DNA of 60,422 nt, the filler included, from Globobulimina sp. (taxonomy: Eukaryota): the NCBI GenBank assembly GCA_003354225.1. It is 14 parts of 14 records of this genome, joined end to end, with 100 filler letters (N's around TTAATTAATTAA, not from the genome) between each part and the next. Parts side by side here need not be neighbours in the genome. Positions count along the whole stretch, not along the records: positions 8,655 to 12,880 come from PIVH01001444.1; positions 12,981 to 17,205 come from PIVH01001445.1; positions 17,306 to 21,529 come from PIVH01001446.1; positions 21,630 to 25,853 come from PIVH01001447.1; 10 more parts are not named here. One strand, written 5' to 3'. This document shows, piece by piece, positions 12,753-22,346 of the stretch. Position 1 is the stretch's first letter; each line of letters begins with the position of its first letter. The notes below the pieces were generated by a model. That model searched no databases. It had not been told where the DNA came from and worked only from the letters and a program-made list of their open reading frames with translations. The translations under genes were made by a program, and so were the position numbers.

Positions 12753-12880
12753 TATTTCACAGTCCGAAACGCAAATATTATCAGCCAACATAAAACAGGA
12801 AGAATATGCACAGTGAAAGAGTGCAGCGGTGATTTATTAGATACAATTGTTAATTTTGGAGAGTCACTACCAGCGCATGA
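12753..12880 (+). CDS. Internal fragment of a SIRT6/SIRT7-class sirtuin
   Basis: Translates YFTVRNANIISQHKTGRICTVKECSGDLLDTIVNFGESLPAH; not in the ORF track. Confidence 0.65.
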
Positions 12881-13936
12881 NNNNNNNNNNNNNNNNNNNN
12901 NNNNNNNNNNNNNNNNNNNNNNNNTTAATTAATTAANNNNNNNNNNNNNNNNNNNNNNNNNNNNNNNNNNNNNNNNNNNNTATTTATATTTGTTGTTACT
13001 GCCTTTGTTATTGGTATGGTTGGGCTGTTATTACTTTTTAGTTGGTTGCGAATGTGCGTATTCGTCAACTTATTATTATTTAAAATAGCTGAATTCTGCG
13101 TCTTCGATATCGTTTGATTGGGATCTATCAATGTATGCATTCCATTGTGCTTTGGTTTGTTCATCGCTGTCAATCCAATCTGTCCACATCGAATACGATC
13201 GTTCTTCTTCGCTATTATATGTTGTTGGATTTGCGTATTTAAATATATCTTCTTCATGCTTTAAGACTGCTGGATTGCAATCAGATAAATATGTATATAT
13301 ATTAATTGCTATGCTCTTCGGTAACTTTCCAATGTCGATTAATATCGAGATTTCGTGTGAATGAAAGTGTAAATAATACTCGCTTTGTGAATAAGTCAAT
13401 GTGTTTAACAGTGCCAGTTTGTGTCGCGAAAAAAATGCGAGAGTATGGCTTTAGTGAAAAGTTAGTGAAAAGTTAGAAGGTACACAGTAATATGATACAT
13501 TAATATTAGAGATATGACATATATAAACGGCAGCAACACTCACCACTAATTACCGAACTACCTTAACTAATTTGTAACATATAATTTCTAGTAAATAATT
13601 AATAGATTCTCGCTTTTTTTTTATGCATTAATGTGTGCAGCGTGATTCTCCTTCAATTTTGTTATTTTTTTTTTGTTTCATTTTTATATAATCGATCTGG
13701 TTTTTTTAGTACTAGTTCAGTTTGTTTCTTATTCATTTTCTCGTTGTTTTTCTTTTTTCTTCTACACGTATCAGTTTTTATAATTATCTCTAGTTTTTAT
13801 AATAGTATTAATTCCACCCGCAATAGTCAAATGTTTCGAAATCCGCAATATACAATTTAACACGTTGTGTCGATAGACCCTCATCGCAGTTTTGTGAGCC
13901 TAAACTATACTAAATATTAAAATTAAAAGTTAAGCA

Positions 13937-16753
13937 TTACAATTCTGACTTGACATCATTTGCCTCTTTTTGCGATGCAAATTCAATTTCGAATGGTTGA
14001 TCTATCTTTAATTTTAAGTGTTGTATCTTTAATACATTGAATTTCGAATCATAAACAATATCTACATATTGTTCATCATTTATATTAACAACGATATTTC
14101 CATTTCCATTTTCTTTTTGCATTCCAAATATTACAATTTCGTCCAATAAACCATTATTAAGATTTGTATTATCAAATAAATTATGGTTTACATTATTTCT
14201 TAATGTACAATTACGCATATCTTTTGATATAAAATTAAATTCAATAAAATCAAATATTTGCTTCTTTTTATAGTTATGTGAAATACCATCATCAATAAAT
14301 ATATCACCTTTTGCATTGTACTCCAAATCTAAAGCAACTAATAATTTATATGGTTTTTGTCGGGCATCATACGTCGTCAATGAACCATTTAACGCATTCT
14401 GTAAAACAATAATAGAACCACCACGTATATGAATATTTGTGTTTTCTAATGGCGTATAAATATTATTCCAACCATTATTTACAATTTCTTTTCCATTTTC
14501 AAGCTGAAACCATCTTTCCTTCATATTTGATTTCGGATTTATTGCTGGAAAATATGCATTGACATTTTGCTGTCCTTTATATAAAGCGGGCGAAAATAAT
14601 AAACTCTCACTCCATAAATATTGTTCATTGATATCATAAGTATTATTGTCGTCGTACCATATCATAAATAGTCCGTTTATTACATTGCCACCAAATTGAG
14701 TTGCTTTATAAAATAAAGTATATAAATGAGGCAGTAATTGATATCGAAGGGTTAAATATTTGCGATGAATAAACACAACGGTTTGCCCCAAAGATGGTGG
14801 ATCCTGATCTCGTGTACTAAATTCACTGCGAATCGCATTGTGATTCCTAGCAAATGGATAAAATGCACCAACTTCAATCCATCGACTGCATAATTCAACG
14901 GTCGTATTCCCCAAAAATCCGCAAATATCGGCTCCATTCATTGGCATTGCGAACATGGAAAACATTATCATTCCGCTGATGGATTGTTTTAAATGTTGGT
15001 AATCTGCATGATTGTCACCATGCCAATGACCACCATATTTACCGGCGGATGTATAGGTTGACCGGGAGATTATGAATGGTCTCTCATTCTCATTTATGGC
15101 CAATAATGCTTTATATGTTGCAGCCATCATCGAATAGCCATATAAAGAATGAACGTTATAATGTTTGGTATAACCATTGTCATTGCCATATTTCTGTTGC
15201 GTATTCATGCAAATGGTATGTTGGCCATTAGCAAATGGATCCGGATCATCCATGTCTTGGCTATTAATATACGATTTTAATTGCATTGGAAAATATGGTG
15301 GCGAATCATATTTATTTTGAGTGCATGTATCACCGCCAAAATTCGATGGTTCATTCATATCAATCCAAATGCCATCAAATTTAATCATATCATGCCATTG
15401 TTTGGTTTGATTGGTCCACCAATTTATTGTATCCTCATTAAAAAAATCAGGAAATACTGTACCGCCGGGCCAAACTGCTCCGATATATGCTGTTCCATTT
15501 TCATTTGAAATAAATACATTATTTGCCATTCCATCGTCATATGTATGATATGGACGATTTGCTGACGAATTGGTTGAAATGCCACAATCAATGATTTGTA
15601 TAAATCGCATATGATATTGTTTATGCAATACATTGTCAATAAATTGTGGTAAATGTTCGAATTCATTGGTATTATATGTAAATATCTTATAATCATCCAT
15701 GTAATCAATATCTAGCCATTGTGTATCATACGGAATCATTTCAGCGCGCATTGACTCAACAATTTGTTTTGTTGCATTCAGATTTAAATATCCCCAGCGA
15801 CATAAATGAAAACCAAACGACCAATAAGGTGGAAAAAATGGGAAACCCACAACTGAATAAAATTGATACAACACATCTAATGGTTTTGGACCGAAAAAGA
15901 TGTAAAAATCTAAGATGCCGCCAATTGTTCGGAATTGTAATATTGGATTTGGTCCGTTTGGATGGGTCAAAACAATTTGCATTGCATTGCTATTTATAAA
16001 TAATAATCCAAAAGAATCGCCAGAATGGCCATTCATAAATAAACCAAATGGATGGACACCATAACCACTGCTGAATGATGGGTATTTATTCCAAATGTCT
16101 CGTGAAAATAAAGAGATTGTTGTATTTAATGGAATTAATATGTCACTAAATCTCTCTCCAAAGCCATAGACTTTGCTATAATTTGTAATTGACATTGAAA
16201 ATTGAATAAATTGATCGCTATAAATAAAGCCTGGTACGGCTGTATTAATTATTGCTGATAAGTCATGATCGGACATTCGATAAATTTGCATTCCAAACAT
16301 ATTATTTTCAGCGTTGTTGAAATTTATTCCATATTTTGGATTTGCTGCAGATATGGAGGGAATTGGTGGTAAATCAATGGGTACTTCATAGCGATTGTTT
16401 TTATTCTCTTCATCCCTAAATTTAATATGTAACCGAGATTCTGTTTCTTGATAAATATCGACTCTCACTGAAGGTATCGAATCAGTATCATAATAGGTTG
16501 GGTAACGTTGACTTATTAATGCTGTATATCCGTTTGCTGTTGGTTCAATACTTCCATTTACAAAATAACCATAATCTGATGGATAATAACAATTTGGAGT
16601 TGTTGTCTCATGCCATAAACATCTTCTTTCTTCACAACTCGTTTTTGATATATTTATTCCTTCTGGAAAACAATCTAATTGAGGAATAGATGATGAATAA
16701 CCTGCATGTACATTACATGTTAAATACAACAAAACAAACAGCAGATGTGTCAT
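13937..16753 (-). CDS. GH31 alpha-glucosidase (lysosomal acid glucosidase/maltase type) with signal peptide and trefoil domain
   Basis: WIDMNE nucleophile motif, HWHGDN acid/base, GADICGF, FYPFARNHN; N-terminal Cys-rich trefoil-like segment. Confidence 0.95.
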   Translation of the reverse strand: MTHLLFVLLYLTCNVHAGYSSSIPQLDCFPEGINISKTSCEERRCLWHETTTPNCYYPSDYGYFVNGSIEPTANGYTALISQRYPTYYDTDSIPSVRVDIYQETESRLHIKFRDEENKNNRYEVPIDLPPIPSISAANPKYGINFNNAENNMFGMQIYRMSDHDLSAIINTAVPGFIYSDQFIQFSMSITNYSKVYGFGERFSDILIPLNTTISLFSRDIWNKYPSFSSGYGVHPFGLFMNGHSGDSFGLLFINSNAMQIVLTHPNGPNPILQFRTIGGILDFYIFFGPKPLDVLYQFYSVVGFPFFPPYWSFGFHLCRWGYLNLNATKQIVESMRAEMIPYDTQWLDIDYMDDYKIFTYNTNEFEHLPQFIDNVLHKQYHMRFIQIIDCGISTNSSANRPYHTYDDGMANNVFISNENGTAYIGAVWPGGTVFPDFFNEDTINWWTNQTKQWHDMIKFDGIWIDMNEPSNFGGDTCTQNKYDSPPYFPMQLKSYINSQDMDDPDPFANGQHTICMNTQQKYGNDNGYTKHYNVHSLYGYSMMAATYKALLAINENERPFIISRSTYTSAGKYGGHWHGDNHADYQHLKQSISGMIMFSMFAMPMNGADICGFLGNTTVELCSRWIEVGAFYPFARNHNAIRSEFSTRDQDPPSLGQTVVFIHRKYLTLRYQLLPHLYTLFYKATQFGGNVINGLFMIWYDDNNTYDINEQYLWSESLLFSPALYKGQQNVNAYFPAINPKSNMKERWFQLENGKEIVNNGWNNIYTPLENTNIHIRGGSIIVLQNALNGSLTTYDARQKPYKLLVALDLEYNAKGDIFIDDGISHNYKKKQIFDFIEFNFISKDMRNCTLRNNVNHNLFDNTNLNNGLLDEIVIFGMQKENGNGNIVVNINDEQYVDIVYDSKFNVLKIQHLKLKIDQPFEIEFASQKEANDVKSEL

Positions 16754-16944
16754 TGTACGCAAGCAAGTTTTTTGCTTTTTTTAAGATAATACAAATTTAT
16801 ACGCTCGTTACAAACAAATGCAAATATCAGTTTGTACTTTGCCCCGTTCTTATCGTCAGAGGGTACTGTTTCTGAACAAAAATATAAAATAAATTAAATC
16901 ACAAAAAAACAACATTCAATCACAAAATTAAAACATATTCATTT

Positions 16945-17205
16945 TCATTCTTCTTTTTTTGTATTTTTTTGTTTAAATCCATATGGATTTTTTAATTGCC
17001 AATTCCACGCATCTTTGCATGCAGCATTTATATCAAACCGTGGGATCCATTTAATAGCTTTTTTAGCAAAAGAACAGTCAGCATACACTTTGTCAACATC
17101 GCCACGTCTTCGATTTTTAATAATATGTGGAATATTGAAGCCACATGCTTTTTCCATACATTTCTTTAATTCTAAAACAGAAGTTCCTTGCCCTGTACCT
17201 AAATT
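16945..17205 (-). CDS. GALE: UDP-glucose 4-epimerase, C-terminal fragment
   Basis: NLGTGQGTSVLEL...RRRGDV...DAWNWQLKNPYGF. Confidence 0.88.
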   Translation of the reverse strand, partial: NLGTGQGTSVLELKKCMEKACGFNIPHIIKNRRRGDVDKVYADCSFAKKAIKWIPRFDINAACKDAWNWQLKNPYGFKQKNTKKEE

Positions 17206-17450
17206 NNNNNNNNNNNNNNNNNNNNNNNNNNNNNNNNNNNNNNNNNNNNTTAATTAATTAANNNNNNNNNNNNNNNNNNNNNNNNNNNNNNNNNNNNNNN
17301 NNNNNTTGAAAATTTTGAGAATAATACTGAAATTGAAATCCACGAAGACAATAGTTATTTAATTGAAGATAGTGATACTGAATCTGAAATTGATTTTTTG
17401 ATGACTCTTGCCTAATTATTTTTTTTAAAAACAATCTTTAATAATGGACT

Positions 17451-17489
17451 TATTTTATCCAGTTTTTAACAAAAAAAATGGATAAAATA
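17451..17489. terminator. AT-rich hairpin between convergent genes
   Basis: TATTTTATCCA (17451-61) pairs perfectly with TGGATAAAATA (17479-89); lies between stops at 17415(+) and 17503(-). Confidence 0.6.
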
Positions 17490-17502
17490 TTTCAAAATTA
17501 AT

Positions 17503-18894
17503 TTATATAGTATTCATTTTTCTAATAACAACCTCCAATACTTCAGTTGTATCTTCTTCTTTATAATCTTTCATAACTCCAGTTCTAACAATCTCGCCAT
17601 TCTCGTCAACTTTTACCTCACGATTACCCCATTTTCTATTATCTAATGAAAATATAGCCCATAACTTTAATAAAGCACCAAAATATGTTGATAAAATGAA
17701 AATAGGAATATATACGATAAATCTATAATTGTATTCAAAACTTGGTCTAAAATAAGTAAAATAAGGTAACATTTTGATCGTTCTTAATACAAAAATATAT
17801 AATAGAGTAATATAAAACAGTTCAAGACTACCAGAAAATAAAGCAATTCCTAATCCAATAAACATGGTAAAAGGTGTTATAAATCTATCAACCATTACAA
17901 TTGCTAAAAATGGATATTTGTACCAGACATTTCTTTCTACACATATTAACTTAAAATCACTTCGGATTGTATTTCTTCCCCATCTTAATAATTGGTAAAA
18001 TAATACTGGTGGATCTTCAAATCTTGTAGAAACATAACAATTACTATTAATTTGATGATACATACAATAGTCTTTTGAATTAATACATAAACGAGTTAAA
18101 AATTTATCATCACCTGATAATTGTTGTTTACCCATAAATTTTTCATTTAAGAAATTTTCTACAAAATCACCTTCATCAAGTAAACTTTTTCTCCAAGCCA
18201 TAGTTCTTCCAGCAACACAAGGAGCACCACCACCAAAAAGTGTTGTTGCTTTAATTTCTAAATATCTTTGAAATAACCTCATATCCATTAAAACTTCATA
18301 AACATTATGACGTTTACCTTTTGACCTACATATTTGTCCTGGTCCAACACCACCAATATTTCTTTTCTTATCATTAAATGGAATTATTAAATTTTCCAAC
18401 ATAGTATCACAGTGCCAAACATCATCATCAATGAACATTATAATATCTGTAGTAGTATTTAAGTATCCAGTTGCTAATGCTCTTCTTTTACCAGGTCTAT
18501 GTTCTGGAATAATTTTAATTACGGGAATATCTAAATCCTTATTTTCTTCTAATACTTCATTCTTTATTGCTAAAACTTCATTTTTACAAGTAATGTCTGG
18601 AACTAAAATAATTTCTTTTGGTTTATTTTTAATCCAAGATACTAAACATATTTTAAAATCTTCTTCTGGCATATAAATTGGTATTATATAAGTTACATCT
18701 TCTTTTGTAAAATTATTATTATTATCATCAAGAATATGTTTAGTTTTATATGGTTTATAAAAAAGACTTGGTAATAATCTTAAAAAAAAGTATACTAATA
18801 TTCTGAAAGTTCCTAATGCTAATGGAAATATAATAAAAATCCCTGCCTCTTTGATGTATGTAAGTGCTGTTTCTAATAATAAAATAGTATCCAT
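17503..18894 (-). CDS. Processive GT2 glycosyltransferase (hyaluronan synthase/NodC/Cps1-like polysaccharide synthase)
   Basis: GKRRAL, FIDDD, SGDDKFLT and QLLRW motifs; N- and C-terminal TM helices; intronless and very AT-rich; likely start MDTILL. Confidence 0.88.
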   Translation of the reverse strand: MDTILLLETALTYIKEAGIFIIFPLALGTFRILVYFFLRLLPSLFYKPYKTKHILDDNNNNFTKEDVTYIIPIYMPEEDFKICLVSWIKNKPKEIILVPDITCKNEVLAIKNEVLEENKDLDIPVIKIIPEHRPGKRRALATGYLNTTTDIIMFIDDDVWHCDTMLENLIIPFNDKKRNIGGVGPGQICRSKGKRHNVYEVLMDMRLFQRYLEIKATTLFGGGAPCVAGRTMAWRKSLLDEGDFVENFLNEKFMGKQQLSGDDKFLTRLCINSKDYCMYHQINSNCYVSTRFEDPPVLFYQLLRWGRNTIRSDFKLICVERNVWYKYPFLAIVMVDRFITPFTMFIGLGIALFSGSLELFYITLLYIFVLRTIKMLPYFTYFRPSFEYNYRFIVYIPIFILSTYFGALLKLWAIFSLDNRKWGNREVKVDENGEIVRTGVMKDYKEEDTTEVLEVVIRKMNTI

Positions 18895-18960
18895 ATATAT
18901 ATATATTATAATATTCAAAATCATTTTTAATATTATAATTTTTTATTTTTATTTATTTAA

Positions 18961-19920
18961 TTATTTTTTTAAATCACTAAAAGTCATTAAATTTGGACTT
19001 TCATCCATTTTAATTTGTATTTCTTTATTTTCTGTAATCCATTTATTTACTTCTTCTGTTCCATTCAAAAAATCTGTAATACGAGCATCTACTTTATATT
19101 CAACAGCCATGTTAATTAATTCAGGACAATCTTTTGGTAAGCAAACACCACCATAAGGAGCTCCGACTCTAATACCATATTGTGGATTAAGGAATGATTC
19201 AGCAGTACAAGAAACATTATTTAAAACGTGTTGAGGACAAATATTAAAATCATGTTTTTTATTTATATTATTTATTAATCCATAAATAGAATTCGCAAAT
19301 GAAATTCTTAAACCATTCGCATAATTATGAATACATTTATGTATTTCAGCTTCTTCTAAACTCATAATTCTTAAATGTTTTTCATTATTATTAACAAATT
19401 TCAATAACATATTACTCATTCTTTTTTTTACGTCAGTGTCTTCTTTTTTATAACCGAATAAAACTTTCCAAGGGTGTAAAGCATCTTGTTCCGCAGTAAC
19501 TGCTCTTAAAAACTCGGGTTGAAATGCGATATTAAACTTTTTATCTGTGTATTTTTGTAAAAGTTTTTCATATTCTCTTGTTAATCCTGGGTAAACAGTA
19601 CTTCTCATTACTACAATTATTTCTTTTTTTGAAATTTCAATTAATTTTGCGACGGTATTAATTGTGCTCCAAACATAATCCATTGATAAACGTTTCTTCT
19701 CTTTATTTAATGGAGTAGGAACTGAAATTAAAATAATACTAATATCAACTAAATCATTTAGATTATCATTTATATGCCTACATTCAATTCCTTCACTATT
19801 TACATTTTTAATAATTTCTGGTATAACATCTAAAGCAATTACTGGGAATCCGTGATATTTATATCCTTTGATATTTGCTTTACCAACAACACCTGTTCCG
19901 ATTTGTAAGATATGTTCCAT
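18961..19920 (-). CDS. ugd: UDP-glucose/GDP-mannose 6-dehydrogenase family, short form without the C-terminal domain
   Basis: IGTGVVG, SVPTP, RSTVYPG, PEFLR and YGGVCLPKD (catalytic Cys). Confidence 0.88.
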   Translation of the reverse strand: MEHILQIGTGVVGKANIKGYKYHGFPVIALDVIPEIIKNVNSEGIECRHINDNLNDLVDISIILISVPTPLNKEKKRLSMDYVWSTINTVAKLIEISKKEIIVVMRSTVYPGLTREYEKLLQKYTDKKFNIAFQPEFLRAVTAEQDALHPWKVLFGYKKEDTDVKKRMSNMLLKFVNNNEKHLRIMSLEEAEIHKCIHNYANGLRISFANSIYGLINNINKKHDFNICPQHVLNNVSCTAESFLNPQYGIRVGAPYGGVCLPKDCPELINMAVEYKVDARITDFLNGTEEVNKWITENKEIQIKMDESPNLMTFSDLKK

Positions 19921-19954
19921 TGTTTTATATATAATGCATATATAAAAAATTTAA

Positions 19955-20177
19955 CTTAATTAAATTTAATTCATTTGATAAATGGAATGATTTTGTGTAT
20001 ATATAAAAAAAATTTAACTTAATTAAATTTAATTCATTTGATAAATGGAATGATTTTGTGTATATATATATATATTAAACGATCTATATTGTTATAATAC
20101 TTAATTTAATTTAATTCATTTGATAAATAGAATGATTTGTGTATATATATATTAAACGATCTATATTGTTATAATAC
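19955..20177. repeat. Three imperfect tandem copies of a ~50-bp intergenic unit; one duplication includes the stop codon of the upstream gene
   Basis: CTTAATTAAATTTAATTCATTTGATAAATGGAATGATTTTGTGTATATATA-like units start at 19955, 20018 and 20100; TATATTAAACGATCTATATTGTTATAATAC occurs at 20071 and 20148. Confidence 0.9.
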
Positions 20178-21529
20178 AAGGAGGTTGATTCGTATCACAA
20201 CTAATTCCAGATTTAATAATATTTCCACCACAACAACCATCACTACCACCTGGTAATAAACCACAATCTGTTCCTCCACATCGTTTATTTCCATTAACAT
20301 CAACACAAGTTGATAAACAACATTTATTCCAACTTTTAATTCCATTAATACAATTGGGGTCACCAATGATAGGTGATTGTGTAGGATAATACGTAGGAGT
20401 TTGATATATAGTAGGTTGTAATGTAGGTTGTAATGTAGGTTCTAATGTAGGTTCTAATATTGTAGGGGGTATTGTAGGTTCTAATGTAGGAGATAATGTA
20501 GGAATTGTCTCAGATAATGGTAAACTTAATATACATTTTTCTTTATTTATAATTTCATAATAATCTTTAGAAATATAATTATATTCACATTTCGGTGATA
20601 AGGAATGATATTGATCTGTATCTGTATATATTCTAAACTTATCTAAATATAATTTATTTTTTCCATTATAATAATCTCCATTTTCTATAGTAAGATTATG
20701 AACACCTGGGTGTAATGATAAAACATCAACATAATATGTAGAATAAACGATGGTTCCAACATCATATATCTGTTCACCATTATAAATTGTTTCTTTAATA
20801 CCATCTATATATACTGAAAAATCAAGACTGTGTTCATTATAAATAATCATTTCAATTGAAAAATGTCCTAATTTTTTTGTTATAAATTGTGATGATATTG
20901 AATCAAATGAGTATGACAATCTTAAATAACCATAACTTGTACTTGACGCAAGTTCTGTTCTTTTAATATCTATATTTTCGGTTATTGTATTCTCTATAAT
21001 ATAATTTTCTTCAAATTGCCACCAACCTGTCCAATCTAATACGTTATAATTATCTATTAAATTAACTGAATCATAATACCACATATGTTGTTTATAATCA
21101 TCATCATATTTTATTGTTTGTGTTCTTACATCTGAACCGAATTCTTCTGAATGTTTATTTATAGCTCTTCCATATTGAAAATATTCTTTTACAATTGATA
21201 GTGTATCTATATTATAATTACCATATGGATACGCAAATGTTTTGACAACACAACCAGTTATAGTTGATTCTAATACTTCTTTTGCTCCTATAATTTCATC
21301 ATATTGTTCATCATAAGTTAATGTTGTTAAATCTACGTGAGTTTTTGTATGAGAACCAAGTTCGTGCCCTTCGTCGTATAGATATTGGATTTCTTCCCAA
21401 TTCATATTATAAACTAATGATCCAACCCAATCAGTATTTATATACCAAGTCCCTTTAATGCCATATTTTTCAAGATATGGTAAAATAAAATCAAATTGTG
21501 ATTGTATACTATCATCTATTGTTATTACA
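20161..21529 (-). CDS. CE4/NodB polysaccharide deacetylase with beta-rich middle region, PT linker and Cys-rich C-terminal module; 5'-partial
   Basis: Frame stays open to the contig end and gives ITIDD; also HELGSHTKTH and FAYPYG; (EPTL/QPTL)n linker. Confidence 0.88.
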
Positions 21530-22346
21530 NNNNNNNNNNNNNNNNNNNNNNNNNNNNNNNNNNNNNNNNNNNNTTAATTAATTAANNNNNNNNNNNNNNN
21601 NNNNNNNNNNNNNNNNNNNNNNNNNNNNNATTGAGGCCATTCAAACAAAAAATTATTGACGATGTTGATTTTTTTTTTGTTTGAAGCTCCTTAATTGTGT
21701 TTTGTTATATTATTCTGTTGTTTGTTTTGTTTGTTTTTATTATTTTGTGTTGAATTTTTTTAAATATTTGCATGACCTTTTGCTGGGTTGTGGTGTGGGT
21801 TTTTGTTAGTGCGAGGATAATATAAAGATGCTTTGATTATTCAGCAAATAATCTGATTATTCAGCTAATAAGTGAAATTCTAAACTTTTACCGTCTGAGA
21901 ATTTGAACGTCAGAATCAGACTCAAAGTTATTTTTCAAACACAAATCTGGACTGCTACTCGCTCAAACTAAACAAAATGATTGATTGCTACCTCACTTGA
22001 TAGAAAACTTAGATCATGAACGATAGAAAACTTAGATCTGAAGATTCTAAATCTGAGATTTGAGATTCTGAATAAAATATACTTACTTACTTACTTACTT
22101 ACATGCGTTCTTGTTTTTGCTCACTTTTTTTATTTATTTACTTATTCGCTCCTTTATCTATTCATCTTATTTGCTCTAGAAACCGCTCAAGTGTATCACG
22201 CCTCCAATTGGTGATACTCTGTGATTTTTATATAGACACATTTATTGCTGTTATTGCACTCTCTTTAAACCTTCATATTATTCACAACCAATTAATTATA
22301 TTAAATTTGCTTTTATATTTTATTCATTTTAAATATTTTGCATAAA

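Noticed and set aside
19955-20177. Possible CRISPR array
   Set aside because: Units are ~50 bp with no unique equal-length spacers and no cas genes; a tandem duplication explains it.
22038-22075. CTGAAGA followed by a hairpin as a second hammerhead
   Set aside because: No GAAA after the stem and no stem I or III.
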